Assembly (NCBI GenBank): GCA_965644315.1
Contig: CBFFRQ010000018.1
Coordinates: 744,001-808,000 of the forward strand
From: Caecitellus pseudoparvulus
Lineage: Eukaryota > Protista > Bigyra: Bicosoecida
Reading direction: 5' to 3'
DNA: 64,000 nt
Positions 43,643-56,612 of this stretch are shown here, in pieces; positions within the stretch are counted from its first letter, which is position 1, and every line of letters starts with the position of its first letter. The position numbers and the translations under genes were made by a program. The notes beneath the pieces are model-generated. The model searched no databases, had not been told where the DNA came from, and saw only the letters and a list, made by a program, of their open reading frames with translations.

Positions 43643-46600
43643 ATGCCAGTTCGAGCCAAAGGAGGCCGCCTCAAGAAGGACACCTCCGAGGTGGTGGACC
43701 TTGTGAAGTCTGTGCGGAAGCACAAGAAGTTCAAGCAGCTGGCCTCTTACTCTGTCCAGTGTCTGCAAAAGGTGAGGCACCACTGCGGCGGGGCGCTCGC
43801 GTGCCTGCCCGGGCTCGCACACACGACACGCCTGCCCTTGCCCACGACAGGTGCTGACACCGCCCAACGCGGGCTGGGAGGAGAACTTGGAAGCAGCCTT
43901 TGATGCGGGGGCATTGGATGCCGTCGCAGAGGTTCTCACGCTGCACAAGGGCGATGAGAATGTCATGAACGCGTGCAACTCGTGCTTAGCCGCCATGGCC
44001 ACCAAACCTCACATGGCTCGCGCCATGGTGGAGAAGGGCGTCCTTGCTACAATGCTGGAGGGCGTCATCGAGAACCCTGACGCAGAGGGCGCCGACACAG
44101 CCATGGAGCTGCTGGACCGCGTGTCTGACTCCTGCCCGGAGGCGTTGCTGGAGGCAGGCTTCGCTGACGTCGTGGCTCGCCTCATGACATCCACCAGCCG
44201 GCCGGAGCACAAGGCCATCTGCGCCCGCACGTTGGAGCGCATCAACAAGTGTCCTGGTGGATCCCAGGCCCTCATTGATGCTGGCTGTGTGCCACCGCTC
44301 CTGGAGCTCATTACAGAGCCCGTCGACTATGAGTTGATGGACGCCCAGATGAAGGTCACGCGCTCAACGGCCACCCACATGGGCCGTCGCACAGCCGAGG
44401 AGGAGGAAGAGGATCGCAAGCCCCCTGCCCTCAAGGCAGTGGAGAGCACTTTCCGTCTGCTGGACCGCATTTGCCGGAACGGAGACCACGCAGGATTCTT
44501 GCGGGACGAATGCCGCGGTATGGAGCTGGTGAGCGAGGCACTGGAGGTTCACGAACCCAACACAAAGGTGTGCAAGATTGGTGGGCGCATCCTGAACAAG
44601 CTCGCGCGTGGCAACGTTGAGGGCCTCATCCGCCGCATGGAGGGCTGCACCGATGACAAGGAGCGTGATTTCCTGGCCAGCCTGCTGGCCAACTTGGCCC
44701 TGGAAGATGATGCTGCCGAGAAGATCGTGGCAGCAGGGGGTATCCCCGCCTTCATCAAGTGCTTCTCCTCCACGTCCCCCAAGACCATTATTGCCGCTGC
44801 CCGTGGTCTCGGGCGCATCGCAGGCCTAGGCGGCCATGCTGTCGAAGCACTCCTGGCAAACGGCACGGTGGGCGCTCTGGTGGAGGCTTTGCAGCGCTTT
44901 GCTGATAACCCAGAGGTGGTGGCCGCCATCTTGCCGGCCCTGCGCCGCCTGGCCACGACCCCCGAGGCTGTCGCCGAAGTTGCCAGCCGGGGTGGGGTGG
45001 AGGCTGTGGTTGCCTTGCTGAAGGACAACCCCGACAACGCCCTCATCGTGGACGAGTGCTTGGCAGTGCTGGAGTCCCTGGCCGTGCAAGGGTACGACGT
45101 GGACCAGCTCGTGCCCATGGGCGCCATCCCTGCCATCGCCGCTGGCATGAAGGGCTGCGATGATAAGGACTCCATCCAGCTGAATGGCATCCGGTGCTTC
45201 ATCTACCTGGCCAACAGTGAGGCCAACCTGGAGTCCATCGTGATGGAGGACGCCATCGAGTTGGTGTGTGCTGCCATGGCCAACGATGACAACAAGGCCC
45301 TTGTGAAGGCTGCCCTGTACCTGGCCACGTCCATGTGCCTGGTTCCGGAGAACCTGGAGTTTTTCAAGGAGTTTGGCGCAGTGGACAGCCTGCTGTCCGC
45401 GATTGCGCGGTTTGCCCGCTCAGACCCTGACGTTCGGGCCTTTGCCCAGGAGCTGATGGAGGCCATGGTCACTGAGGAGGAGGTGAATGCCATCGTCGGG
45501 CAGGTGCGCGCTGCCAAGGCCGCCCTGCTTGCATCCAAGTCCGAGGACGACGCGCAGGTACTCTCTGACCTCATCGCCAAGATGGGGGCCTTTGCCATTG
45601 TCACGTCCAATGCCGAGCTCATCCTGGAGTCCGGCGGCGCTGGCGTGCTGACCGAGACCCTGACGCAGATCTCCCCTCAGAAAGGCATCCCCCTCAAAGA
45701 GGACATCCTTACCAACTGCTCCATGGCCCTTTGCGACCTGGCCAGGGCCGTCACTGAGCGTCCCGATTTGCAGGAGACGCTGGGTGCTTCTGGCGCGGTG
45801 CCCGCCGTCATTCAGGCCATCAAGGGCCACCCAAAGCTGAAGGACCACGTGAAGGCCAGTGTGAAGCTGCTGGAAATTTTCTCCCAGTTCGATTCGTGCG
45901 TGGGCATGATCCTGGGCGGCGGCGGTATCGAGGCCTGCTGCGCCGCCATCCGGGCCAACCCCCGGGATGTGGAGGTTGTGGATGCCTCGGTGCACACCCT
46001 CCTGCGCCTGGCTGCAGCAGAGGGCGGTGCCGTCGCCCTGGCGCGGCATGGCGCCTGTCGGCAGATCATTGCCAACATCATGGCCAACACCGGCACCCCC
46101 GGCTTCCACGCCCCCATGACGAAAATGCTGCAAGTCATTGCTTGCGTTGCCATGGAGAGCGAGGGCGCCTCCACTCTCATGAAACAGAATGCCATCCCCG
46201 CCATCATCGCTGCGGCAGAGTACTTGGGCCTGGAGGGCGGCGTCGCGCTGGAAGCGCTCTCCCGCCTGCTCACGCGTGATGACGTACATGGCGCTATTCA
46301 GGCTGTGAAGGAGGCAGAGGGCTCCTTCGGCCGCCTCATCAACTTGGACATCGCCGCCTTGGAAGCAGTGCTGCCTGCCATCGCCACCGTGGGGCGCTTC
46401 GCCCAGGTTGGCACGTTCGGCAGCCTCATTGTGGAGGAGGGTGGAGCTGCTGCCTTGCAGAGCATGTTGGCGACGACGCTGCACAAGTGTGATGACGTGG
46501 AGAAGAAGCGACTGCTGCTACCAACTCTTGTGGCGGCAGTGGCACGCCTGGCAGGTAGCGTGGACTTGGACCCATCCCTGGGCTTGGACGCGCTGGTGCA

Positions 46601-49600
46601 TGAGGCCTTTGCGTCGGGCCTGGCCGTGAAGGAGTGCCTCATGTACATCAAGGGCATGGCATCCCGGGGCGAGGACGCTGCCTACCGCCTGGCAACTGAC
46701 GGTCAGTCCGTGGAATGCGCCTTGACCGCCCTGAAGGAACACGGCCGGGACAAGGCCGTCGCGCGCCTGGCCTTCGAGGCGCTGGGGGCGCTGTCTGGGT
46801 ACGCCTCCACGGCGCCCATCATCGCAGGGTCTGCCGCCCCTCGCCTGGTCACAGACTGGATCGATGACCACATGGACGATGCCAGGCCCGAGGACATGCA
46901 GGCTGCCCTGGATTGCCTCACGGCCATGACCATCTCCCCCGCCGAAGCTGCGGCCATCAACTCCTTGGGCATGAACGAAGTGGCCAAGAACATCATCACA
47001 CGCTTTGTTCAGGATGCTGACGTGCCCTCCCCTGAAGTCATGTGCGCCTCCCTTCAGCTGCTGACCAACCTTGGCGCCGAGCCAGATGCGGTGCGAGCGC
47101 AGCACCGCGATGGGCTCTTGCGCCGCATCTGCAAAGCGGCGGCATCTGACGCCCTCATCGATGACCCCAACGCCATGCAGGCGCTGCTGAACTTCTTCAC
47201 GCACGTCATCACGCAGTGCCCGGAACTGAAGGGTGAGCTGGAAGCCATGGGAGCCCCTGGCATCATCATGGCCGCCATGAATGCCAACTCCACCTCAGAA
47301 GCTGTCCTTGCCGCAGGGGCTGCGTGCCTCAAGGCACTGGGTGTGGGACCCAAGCTGGCCCTGCAGGTGGCTGATGAGGTGGACCGGCTGGCGGCCGTTG
47401 TGGAAGCCGCGGACCCCATCACGCAGGACATGATCGATGCCCTGGGCCTGGCTGTCCAGCAGCTTGCCAACTTCCTGTCCATCGACGGCGTCGTGACGCC
47501 GGAGAACGTCGGCCGCCTGCTCCAGACTGTGTCCAATGCTGTGGGCCTGCTGGCTGAGAGCGGCATTGCCAGCGAGAGTATCCTGGCTTCTGCCGTTACG
47601 GCAGTGGGCCGCCTTGCTGCTCGCGGAGGCGATGACGAGAAGGTGGAAGCTGTGAACCTCGTGCTGGACACGCTGGAGCTGTGCGGCCACATGCCCAAGG
47701 TGGTCGAGGCGTGTGTGCACACGCTGGGCTTGCTGACGACAAACCCTCAGGCACTTCGTGCCATGTGTGAGCTGGGGGCGCTGGATACACTCCTGGACAT
47801 CGCTCGCCGCAACCCCCACAACGCCAAGCTGCTGGAGCTCATCAATGCCACCATTGCCAAGATCGCGGAGATTGCAAAGAGCAACGCTGCCAACCTCGTC
47901 ATGCAGCCGGGTGGCATCGAAGCACTCATGGCTGTTATCAAGGCCAACGCAAAGGATGCATCAACTCTGGCCGCCTTCATCGCAGACATCGCTGCGTCCC
48001 CCGGCGGCACGGACGCCCTGTGGAAGCTGCTGCAGGGCACGGAGGATGTGCCCATGGACATTATGTCAGAGATCCTGCACGCGCTCGCAGCCATGGCTGC
48101 GGCTGGCGGCCCAGGATCCCTCATCACCCTGGATGCAGCACAAGTCGGCTTGCTCGGCAAGGCGATGAAAGCAGCGCTCGATGCGCAGCTGACGCTGGCT
48201 GAGGGGGATGCGCGGGGCATGGCCATTGCGCAAGCCACGATGGAGAGCGCGCTGGACCTGCTGTCCATGTGCGAGAACCTGTCCAGTGCTGACCTGGCAG
48301 CAGCCCTTGCAGCTGCTGGCGGCATCAAAGCTGCCCTGCAGATGCTCTCTGCGAACTTGTCAGACCCAGAGACTGTGGCCAAGATCATGGGCATCCTCAG
48401 CAAGGCGGCCCTGTCCATGGACCCTGCCTCCTTGGCTGACCTCGCCCGAGGCATGAAGGGCATCGAGAACACGGCCAAGCTGTACCTCGAGGGCGCTGAG
48501 GTGGACGGGCTGAAGTTGGAGCCCAACCCTGGCATTGTCGGGTGCTGCATCTCCACCATGCACAGCGTCGCGGCGGGGCTCGGGGCGGAGGCATCCAACA
48601 TTTCGCGAGACGGCATGCGCACCACGATGATTGCTTTGGACGAGATGGCGTCCGAGCCCAACATCGCAGAGTTTGCCCCGAAGCTCGCAGATTTGATGCA
48701 AGAGAAATTCTCAGATGAGCCTGTGCGCTTGCTGGATACGCGCCTGGACACGGCTGTGGGGGCGCTGTCCACGCTGGGGGCCATCACGATGATGATTGAC
48801 CCCACCACCGGCAAGCCGTACTGGATCAACACCGAGACGGGGGAACGGTACGACAGCCCGCCTGAGGGTTACGAGTCTGTGTATGCCGCTGTCATGGCGC
48901 TGGCTGACGCCTGCGGCCGCATGGAGAAGGACGCCGTGCCGACTGTAGCAGAGAGCATGATCAAGGGACTCGTGGGAGCCTTGGCAACGCACTCTGGATC
49001 GTCTGACATGGCCTCCGCCATCGCAGCTGCCCTGCAGACGCTGGGCTTGAACGGCAAGAACCTGGATGCCATCGCTCAAAACGGCGGCATCGAGGCCATC
49101 ATCAAGGCCATCCGGGACAACCCAGACAATGCTGCGCTGCTGCTCATCCTCCTCACGCTCCTGGAGCGCATTTCCCGCAAAGACCAGTACAAAGAGCACA
49201 TCGCGACCGCTGGTGGCATCGACGTCGTCATCAACATCGCCATTGCCAAGCACGTGGGGCATCGTGAGATCACGCTGAAGTCGCTGGCCATTCTCGCCAA
49301 CCTGGCCTTCAACCACCCCCCCAACATCGATCGCATCATGGAGGCCGAAGGTGTCAAAGCCATCGAGTCCACGATGCAGCAGTGGGTGGACGATCCCCGA
49401 GTCCTGGAGAATGCCATGTGTGCCCTCAGCAACCTCATGCACGGCAGTGAAGATAACAAACTCATCATCGGGCGCACCTGTGGCGACGAAATTGTGGCCA
49501 TCATCGCCCGCCACTTCAAGGATGTGAATTTGTTCAAGATGGCCCTGCGCGCCGTCGGGAACCTGTCCATTTGCGATGAGAACATCCAGTGGATGGCTGT

Positions 49601-51110
49601 GGAGCACCACGCCACGCAGGAGATCGTGAAGGGCATGAAGGAGCATGACACTGACGAAGAGGCCCTGCAGCTGTCAATGGAAGTCATCGGGAACTTCGCC
49701 TCCCTGGAGGAAGACGAAGAAGCTATCGAGGAGGACCCGGACTACGTCACCATTTCAGCTCAGATCTACAAGGAGCAGGGCAGTGGCACCATCATGCACT
49801 ACATGCAGGAGCACAAGCACAATTCTGCTGTGCTGAAGTGTGCACTCAACGCCATGGCGAACATCTGCAACGATGTCGAGACGACGGACTTGATCGGCGA
49901 GCACCAGGGCATCAACCCCACCGTCGTGGAGATCATGCAGACGCACGACTGGGACGAGGACCTCATCGCCTCCGTGACCCCGCTCGTGGCCACCCTGACG
50001 TACTCCGACATCTGCCTGGAGGCACTCCTTGCGCTGGACATCGTCCCCCTGCTGCTCACTGCCATGGACTCGCATGGCATCAACTCCGAGCTGCTGAACG
50101 GCGCCCAGCTGGCGCTGACCAACCTCTGCGCTGATGCCGGCGCCCGGGACCAGATCCGCAACCTGAACGGCGTGACGACCATCCTCGGCCTCATGGAGGG
50201 CCACATCGCTGATGTCGAGTACTGCTCCGAGGCAATCAACACCCTCACTCGCCTGTGTGGTGAAGATGATCTGTCCAGCAAGATTGCCGAAGACGGCATG
50301 CACGTCATCATGAAGGCGTGTGACAAGCATTCTGGCGACCCAGACTTCTTGACGAATGCTTTCCGCCTGCTTGGTCACTTGGCTTTCGTGGAGAGCAACC
50401 TGCCCATCATCGTGCAGTTTGACGGCATCCAAAAGGTCATTCAGGCCATCTGCACCCACCCAGATTCCCAGTCCCTCATGGTGCGGTCCATTCAGACCGT
50501 GGACAACATTGCCATGGCCAGCAAGGAGAACTGTCAAATCGTCATTGACGAGGGAGGCAAGGAGCTAGTGGAGACCATCATGGAGTCATACCCAGACGAC
50601 CCCGAGATCCAGAAGTATGGCAAGAGTGCCATCCTGAGCATGAACGCCTTGGAGAATTTGAACAAGAGCGCCAGCTTGGACACGCAGGGCCGTGGCCGCG
50701 CGAAGGAGGATGACGTGGACCCCCTCAAGAGCGTGCGCAACATGCTCAGCGCAGGGCAGGTGCTCAAGGTGTGGACGAAAGGCACACCGAAGACGTGCCA
50801 CGTGCTGGCTTCCACGGACTTCCGCTCCATGGTGTGGCAAGATCCCAAGAAGAAGACCAAGCTGGGTGCAATGGACCTGCGGTCAGTCATGCAGATCCGC
50901 GCCGGCAAGGGCGAGGGTCACAAGAAGAAGGCCTTTTCGCGTGTGGCTGCCAACGAAGAGCTGTGCTTCAGCGTCATCGGCGAGCGCACTTCCTTGGACT
51001 GTGAAGTGACTGTGAAGCCCGACGTGAAGAAGTGGGTGGATGCCCTGAACCTGCTGCTGAAGGTGTACAAGACTAACCCCGGCGCCCTGACCCGTGGCGC
51101 GATCGCCTAA
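43643..51110 (+). CDS. Giant armadillo-repeat protein with internal WW-like module and C-terminal PH domain; glideosome-associated connector (GAC)-like; 2462 aa, 2 exons
   Basis: Exon 1 43643-43771, intron 43772-43850. Dozens of ARM-type GG(I/V)EA repeats; PH domain from DPLKSVRNMLSAG to KWVDALNLLL. Both termini resemble Toxoplasma GAC as recalled from memory. Confidence 0.85.
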
Positions 51111-51143
51111 GCTCTGTCAGAAATGCATTTCGTTCGGCAAGCT

Positions 51144-51933
51144 CTAGTGCTTGGGGCTGCCACGGTAGTAGTAGCCACCACCGAGGTATGGCGCAGCTGC
51201 TGCGCTTCGGCGTTGGCCCTTCGTGCCCCTCTGCCGCCAAAAATACCACCCGAGACCCAATACGGCAATCACGCCCACTACAATGGCAGCCCCCTGGAGT
51301 CCGTCTGCGAAGCGGCGGAAGCAAGAGCGATGCAGGGCATTGGCGCGATGGGAATCATGTGGTGCCCCCCGTTCAGGCGCTACTAACGGTGCCACATGGA
51401 CTCTTCGTACACTCCGATGAAAGCCACGGCTGCTCTGTGCTGGGGGTTGATCTGCAACAGCTCCCCAAGGTACGCTTTGCTCTGTTCGAAGTCCCCCATG
51501 CGCCACGACCCCACGGCCACTCTGTACAAGGCCTCTTCCTGCACGTACTTGCTGTCGGCCAATTCTGAGCGCCGGCAGCGCGGGACAGGAATGCACGCTA
51601 GGTGACTTCGCAGAGCTTGCGTGCGCAACACGCACCCAGGCATGTCCCGAGCCCCTTCTCCACCTCGGCATCATCAGGTGACGCCAGCAACACTGTAGCC
51701 CAAGCAAGTCTCCGGTTGTCTATGGCCTCGGCCTCCCCACTTGAAACTGCATCGTCCAGGGCACGCTTTGCTTCCTGCACACGGCGTTTCGCTTGGGCTG
51801 TCAGGCGAAACGCCAGTGCCTGCAGGGCGCCGCATTCACACACCCTGAGGGACTGGGGAGAAAAGTCCGCCTTTTCTTGTTCCAGCGCACACTTGAGTTC
51901 CTTCGCAGACATTTCGCCGGTGGTAAGCGCCAT
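51144..51933 (-). CDS. FIS1: Mitochondrial fission protein Fis1-like (TPR + tail anchor); about 4 exons
   Basis: RLAWATVLLAS...VEKGL, EALYRVAVGSWRMGDFEQSKAYLGELLQINPQHRAA, then DGLQGAAIVVGVIAVLGLGWYFW plus a basic tail. Confidence 0.8.
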
Positions 51934-52185
51934 CTCAACGCTGCAGCGAACGGGTTTGCCTGGGCCTGGCGCCAACGCTCGCGGTTGCTCCTGCCTGCCC
52001 GGTGTGCGAAGCTGGCCTCTCGTTCAGCACCACAGAGACTGTGGAGGGCGATGATGGTTCCAGTCTTATTTCAGGCTGTGAATTTCTGTTGATCGTGTGT
52101 TTGTTGGCTGTGATGTGAGACTTCCGATGGGGTTGCTTCGCACTGAAAGCAAGACTGCGAAGCAAACAAATGCATTGCGTGGATC

Positions 52186-53991
52186 TCACAAGTCAGGCGC
52201 GTTGATGTGAACGCTGGGTGGTCTACCACGCTGTAGTGCTGCCACACGAGGTATGGTGCCTGGGCTGTACAGGTCGTCAGCAATGTATGCTTCCACTGCT
52301 GCGCTTGCCCACCGCTTCTGCAGGGAGAACTGCAGCGGGATCGCAATTGCAATCGCGACCAGCATGGGTGCTAGACTGGCTTCAGGCCAAACAGCAAGGA
52401 AAATAAACTGCAGGAGGGCAGCACAGGGAACAATGGCGGCCCGCATCCACAAGATCCAGGCAAGGGAACTGCGCAGCAGCTTTGGCTCTGCTTCAGTCCA
52501 CACCCACACCTTGCGCTTGGACGCGCGCTCCACTGCAGAATTGCTGGAGCGGGTGGCAAGCATCTGCACGAAGAGGAGCACCGTGGAGGATATGAATACC
52601 AGGCTTGTCACGAACGCCAACGACACCTTGTTCACTGGGTGGTGCGCCATGAGGGAGAAGGCGAAGGGCAGGAAGCACACAGAGTACAGGAAGAACATGT
52701 TCAGCCAGCGCATATTCGGAGGCCACGCGCGGACATGGCCCGTGATATCGTGGTGCACAGTCCAGTACATAAGCATGAGAGAGAATGTGAGTGCAAAGGA
52801 GATGATGTTGAAGCGGTTGTCGACGAATATGCTGATGAGAGACACATCCTCCTGCTCGCCGACGGGGGGCGCTCGGATTTCCAACAGAGTCAGCGTCCCC
52901 ACAACAGCAAGAACACCATCAGTGAGAGCGGCGATCCGGCCCCCAACTCTGCTAGGATCTGGTCGAATCTCACGTGCTCTCAGTCGAGCGTTTTCCTTCG
53001 TGAAGTAGGAGGGAAGACGGCATTTAGAGCACCACATCGTCCACCTTGCTGTTGTGCTGGGCAGCAAGGCAGTGAATATGAAAATCATGGTCGTCCCCCA
53101 GCTAGGGACGTCAACCTCAGCAGCTACCAGGGCAAACACAATTCCCAAGTTCACGCAAAAGCCGAGGAAGACGGAGAAGTGCCTCGCAAAGTTGACCCGG
53201 TGACTGGGCGCAGAGGCAGTGTTCTCCGGGCGCAGTGAACGGACAGCCCTCCCCAAGAACAGCTGCCCAGCTGCAGTCATAGCTGCTGCTATGTTCATGA
53301 ATGTGAGTGCCGAGAGCTGGTCAATGTACTCACTCGCCACGATGAACGTGAAGGGCACAAGAGCGAGGCAGAGCAGCCATAGGTTGTTCAAGCCCACAAT
53401 TTTGGCGGTGATTGCATCCACCTGCGGCGCACTCGGCGAAGAGAGTTGAGAGTGGGAACCCAGAGAGCTTTCATGCGATCGTGTTGAGCAAGGCCCTTCG
53501 CACCTGGCTGAGAATCTGGAAGTGGCCCTCGACAAAGGAAGCAAGCCACCAGTACACGACAGCGAAAGTCCCTATAGTGTCTTTCTTCGAAGCAATCAAT
53601 CGGGAGGGAGGAATGTCTGCCTCGCTTTCCTCTACCAAGGCGAGTGGGATGACTCCAATTGTAATGATGATGGCAACTGCCGCATCCGTGAAAGCTCCTG
53701 CGCACAGCACCCATGACACCGAGTGCACAGCTCGCCTCAACAGCAAGTGACGCGGCACTCACCGATGCGCTCAGTTTCGTACCGCTCCCGATACTTGTAC
53801 TTCTTGCCTGCTCTGTGCTGGGAGATGAGCAGCGCTTCCCAATCTGTGGCTTCTTCCTCAGAGCCGCTGGCAGAGGCCGTCCGTGTCGGCCTGGCACCAG
53901 CGCATGCAGCCCGATCTCGAGAGCCACTTTGCAAGAGCGACTGGCCCAGCTCCACAGCCGAACCACCTTCACTGGCTAGGGTACTTTCCAT
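52186..53991 (-). CDS. TMEM175: TMEM175-family endolysosomal K+/H+ channel, two-repeat form; 3 exons
   Basis: Repeat I RIGAFTDAAVAIIITI (across intron 53762-53698)...LALVPFT. Repeat II RIAALTDGVLAVVGTLTLLEI...YWTVHH...WLNMFFL...FLPF. Confidence 0.85.
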
Positions 53992-54489
53992 GGATAGGAG
54001 GGCGATGAGAAGGCTCCCTTCACCATACAGCCCAGCCGTGGGCGTGTCTATTTCCCTGACAATTCTGCACCCTGGCGGGGTTCAAAATCCGCTGTCGTGC
54101 CAGTGCCACAAAGCGGAGACTTACAGACTGCAGAGATGCACAGGAGCGAGAGCAGATGCTGGGCGCTAGATGGATAAACCTCTTCTGTGGTGAGATTGAT
54201 ATAGCACTCGCAATGCACAGCCCGCGCCCCCCCCCTGGGCCCGTGTGCAGCAAGCCTCGAACTGCTCATGTGCCCCGCCAAAACAACCACCCACCAGACA
54301 ATGCCGGCAACAGACAAGCATGGCGCCAGTAGTGCCCATCTTGCACTTCAATTTATCAAGCGAGAGGATCACCTGCAGGCTCGCTAGGCAGTCCCCAGAA
54401 GGCCAGCGTCACAAGTGGACTGAGTGTGACGCAATCTCCGCAAGCCTCGTCTGCGGCTGTGACGTGGTGCATGCAGAGACTGCCCCAAT

Positions 54490-55818
54490 ATGACGCAGAT
54501 TATCGTCCTCGATGAGGCCTATGTTGGCTTGACAGCACTCATGACTGTGGGCATCCAGCTCGCAGGCTACTTCGTCGCCTACTGCTTCCAGATCGACAAG
54601 GTGTGTGTCGGCGTGGTCGGGTACAAGTTCCGCATGGAGGGCTGTGCTCCGACACCCAGCACTGCCTCCAACCCCATCGACTTCTCTGCGCAGATTACAG
54701 ACTTTTTGGGGTCCATGAACTATGTTGCAAATGTTCTGGTGGCCCTCTTCCTCGGGGGTCGCCTGGATGCGCGGCAAATCTACCTTTCCACGGCTGTCGT
54801 CATTGCACGCCTGTACCTGGGACTGTACCTGCTGTACAGGTGAGTCTCCATTCGCTGGCAGGCCACGTGAAGTGAAGCCAAGCTGCATGTTCACATATTC
54901 CATGCCTGCCTGCTGTGGCGCCCAATTTGCGCGCTGCAACTCGGAACCCGCTACCAGCTCCCTTTGCCACACTTTTCACGCAAAACGTGCACACGCACAG
55001 GGTCGTGAAGCGCGGGCATGATGGCAGGTTTGACGGATTTCGAGACAAGCCTCTACCGTTCTTGGGCTTCTGGGTGCGTAGGCAAGAGGCACCTCGAGCG
55101 AGCAGCGGTGCAGACGTCCTTCCTTCCACATACTCAGGTATTCCAAATGATCTGGGTCTGGTGCAACACCCTGCCCATTGTCATGGTGAACTCAACCCAA
55201 AGAGATGTCCCTTTGAATGCGTGGGATGGAGTAGGCATCGCCCTCATCGCCATCGGGCTCTTCTACGAGGTGGTGGGAGACCAGCAGAAGCAAGCGTGGA
55301 AGAGCAGCCGCAGCAAGGACGCTGTGCTTTGCGACGTCGGCCTCTGGGGACACACGCGGCATCCAAATTACTTTGGAGAAATCTGCATTTGGCTAGGCAT
55401 GTTCCTGGCCTGCGTACCCGTCATTCTCCAAGAGGCAGGGTGGTGGTGGATCGGGCTCCTCTGCCCAGTGACAACAATCGTCATCTTGCTCTTCTTGGGC
55501 GGCCTCCCAACAGCCGAGGGCTCGGCATTGAAAGCGTTCTACAAGGATTCACACAAACGGCAGGTGTGGGAAGCGTACAAACGCCGCACCAGCATCCTCT
55601 TCCCCTTTCCCCCTGCCCTGTACGCTGCCATGCCCATGTGGCTGAAGCGGGCCATCTGCCTGGAATGGAAGCTGTACGAGTACACTCCTGAAGACGAAGA
55701 GTCCAGCGAAACTTTGAGCCCCGGAGCTTCAAACAGTGACCGGCAACAGAGAGCATACGGCGCCACTGCGCAGTCAGCCAAGGTGTCTGCCCAGGCTGAC
55801 GCAGGGGAGTGGAAATGA
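54490..55818 (+). CDS. DUF1295 / steroid-5-alpha-reductase-like membrane protein; about 4 exons
   Basis: DKITDFLGSMNY, YRVVKRGHDGRFD, YEVVGDQQK, GLWGHTRHPNYFGEICIWLG, YKRRTSILFP. Confidence 0.9.
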
Positions 55819-55857
55819 ACCAGCACTGTTCACAGCATGCACGCGTGTTAGAGCGTG

Positions 55858-56528
55858 TCACTTCCGAGCGGAGGCAGACTTCAAGGCGCGGTATCCACCG
55901 AGTCCTCCCCCCCACTGAAGGCCAAGGTAGCTGTCCAAGTGCTTGTCGAACAGGGAGCACTTGATGACGTTGTCCTGTGCTTGAAAGGGGTTCATGGCGA
56001 CGAATTTCGAGTACAGCAGGTAGACGTCTTGCAGCAATGTGGCAAGGCATTCTGTGCCTTTGGCCGCCGTGACGAAAAACTTCAGCCCTGCGTTGGTACG
56101 GGCGGCAGCGGATGCATGCGAGCCTGTGCCGACTCAGCCTCGGGCACAACATACCCGTCGGGGATTCCAAGCACTCAAGCTGAAAGGTGGACGCGATCAG
56201 AGACTTGACACCCGCCGCTTCCTCTGGTGCAAGCTGCGAAACAAGGTGGTGTTGGCGTGGTGGCGGTGCAAAGACCGCACCCCGCAGCGAGGCGTACCTG
56301 GCCAGTGATAGCGTGCAGGCTGTGAAAGGTGGCGCCTATCGTTAGCAGATCATTACTTGTCAGAGCTGGTGCCCGGTCTGACAGCGTCTGTGGGATGAAA
56401 GGTGCCGCATGGCGCGGGGCAGCTCTGCTGAGCCCTGCAAGTGGTCATACCTTGTGGTACACGAGGCCTCCATTTCGAGACACGACGAAAAGCGTGTGCA
56501 GCGCCTGCTGCCCCGCACTGGCAGCCAT
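55858..56528 (-). CDS. TRS23: TRAPP complex subunit Trs23/TRAPPC4 (sybindin family); 4 small exons, absent from the ORF track
   Basis: Hand translation: LFVVSRNGGLVYHK | LTSNDLLTIGATFHSLHAITGQ | LAPEEAAGVKSLIASTFQLECLESPTG | LKFFVTA...VYLLYSKFVAMNPF...IKCSLFDKHL, all joined by GT-AG introns. Confidence 0.9.
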
Positions 56529-56612
56529 GTCGTGCATTGAAGCTGGTGAAACCCCCGCGGTGCACAATGGACATTGGCGGCGTACGTTTGGTTTGCAAAT
56601 GGGCAGCAGCTG

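Noticed and set aside
7909-53991. Endolysosomal gene cluster (PQ-loop, SAC1, TPC, TMEM175)
   Set aside because: Spread over 45 kb among unrelated genes; coincidence is sufficient.
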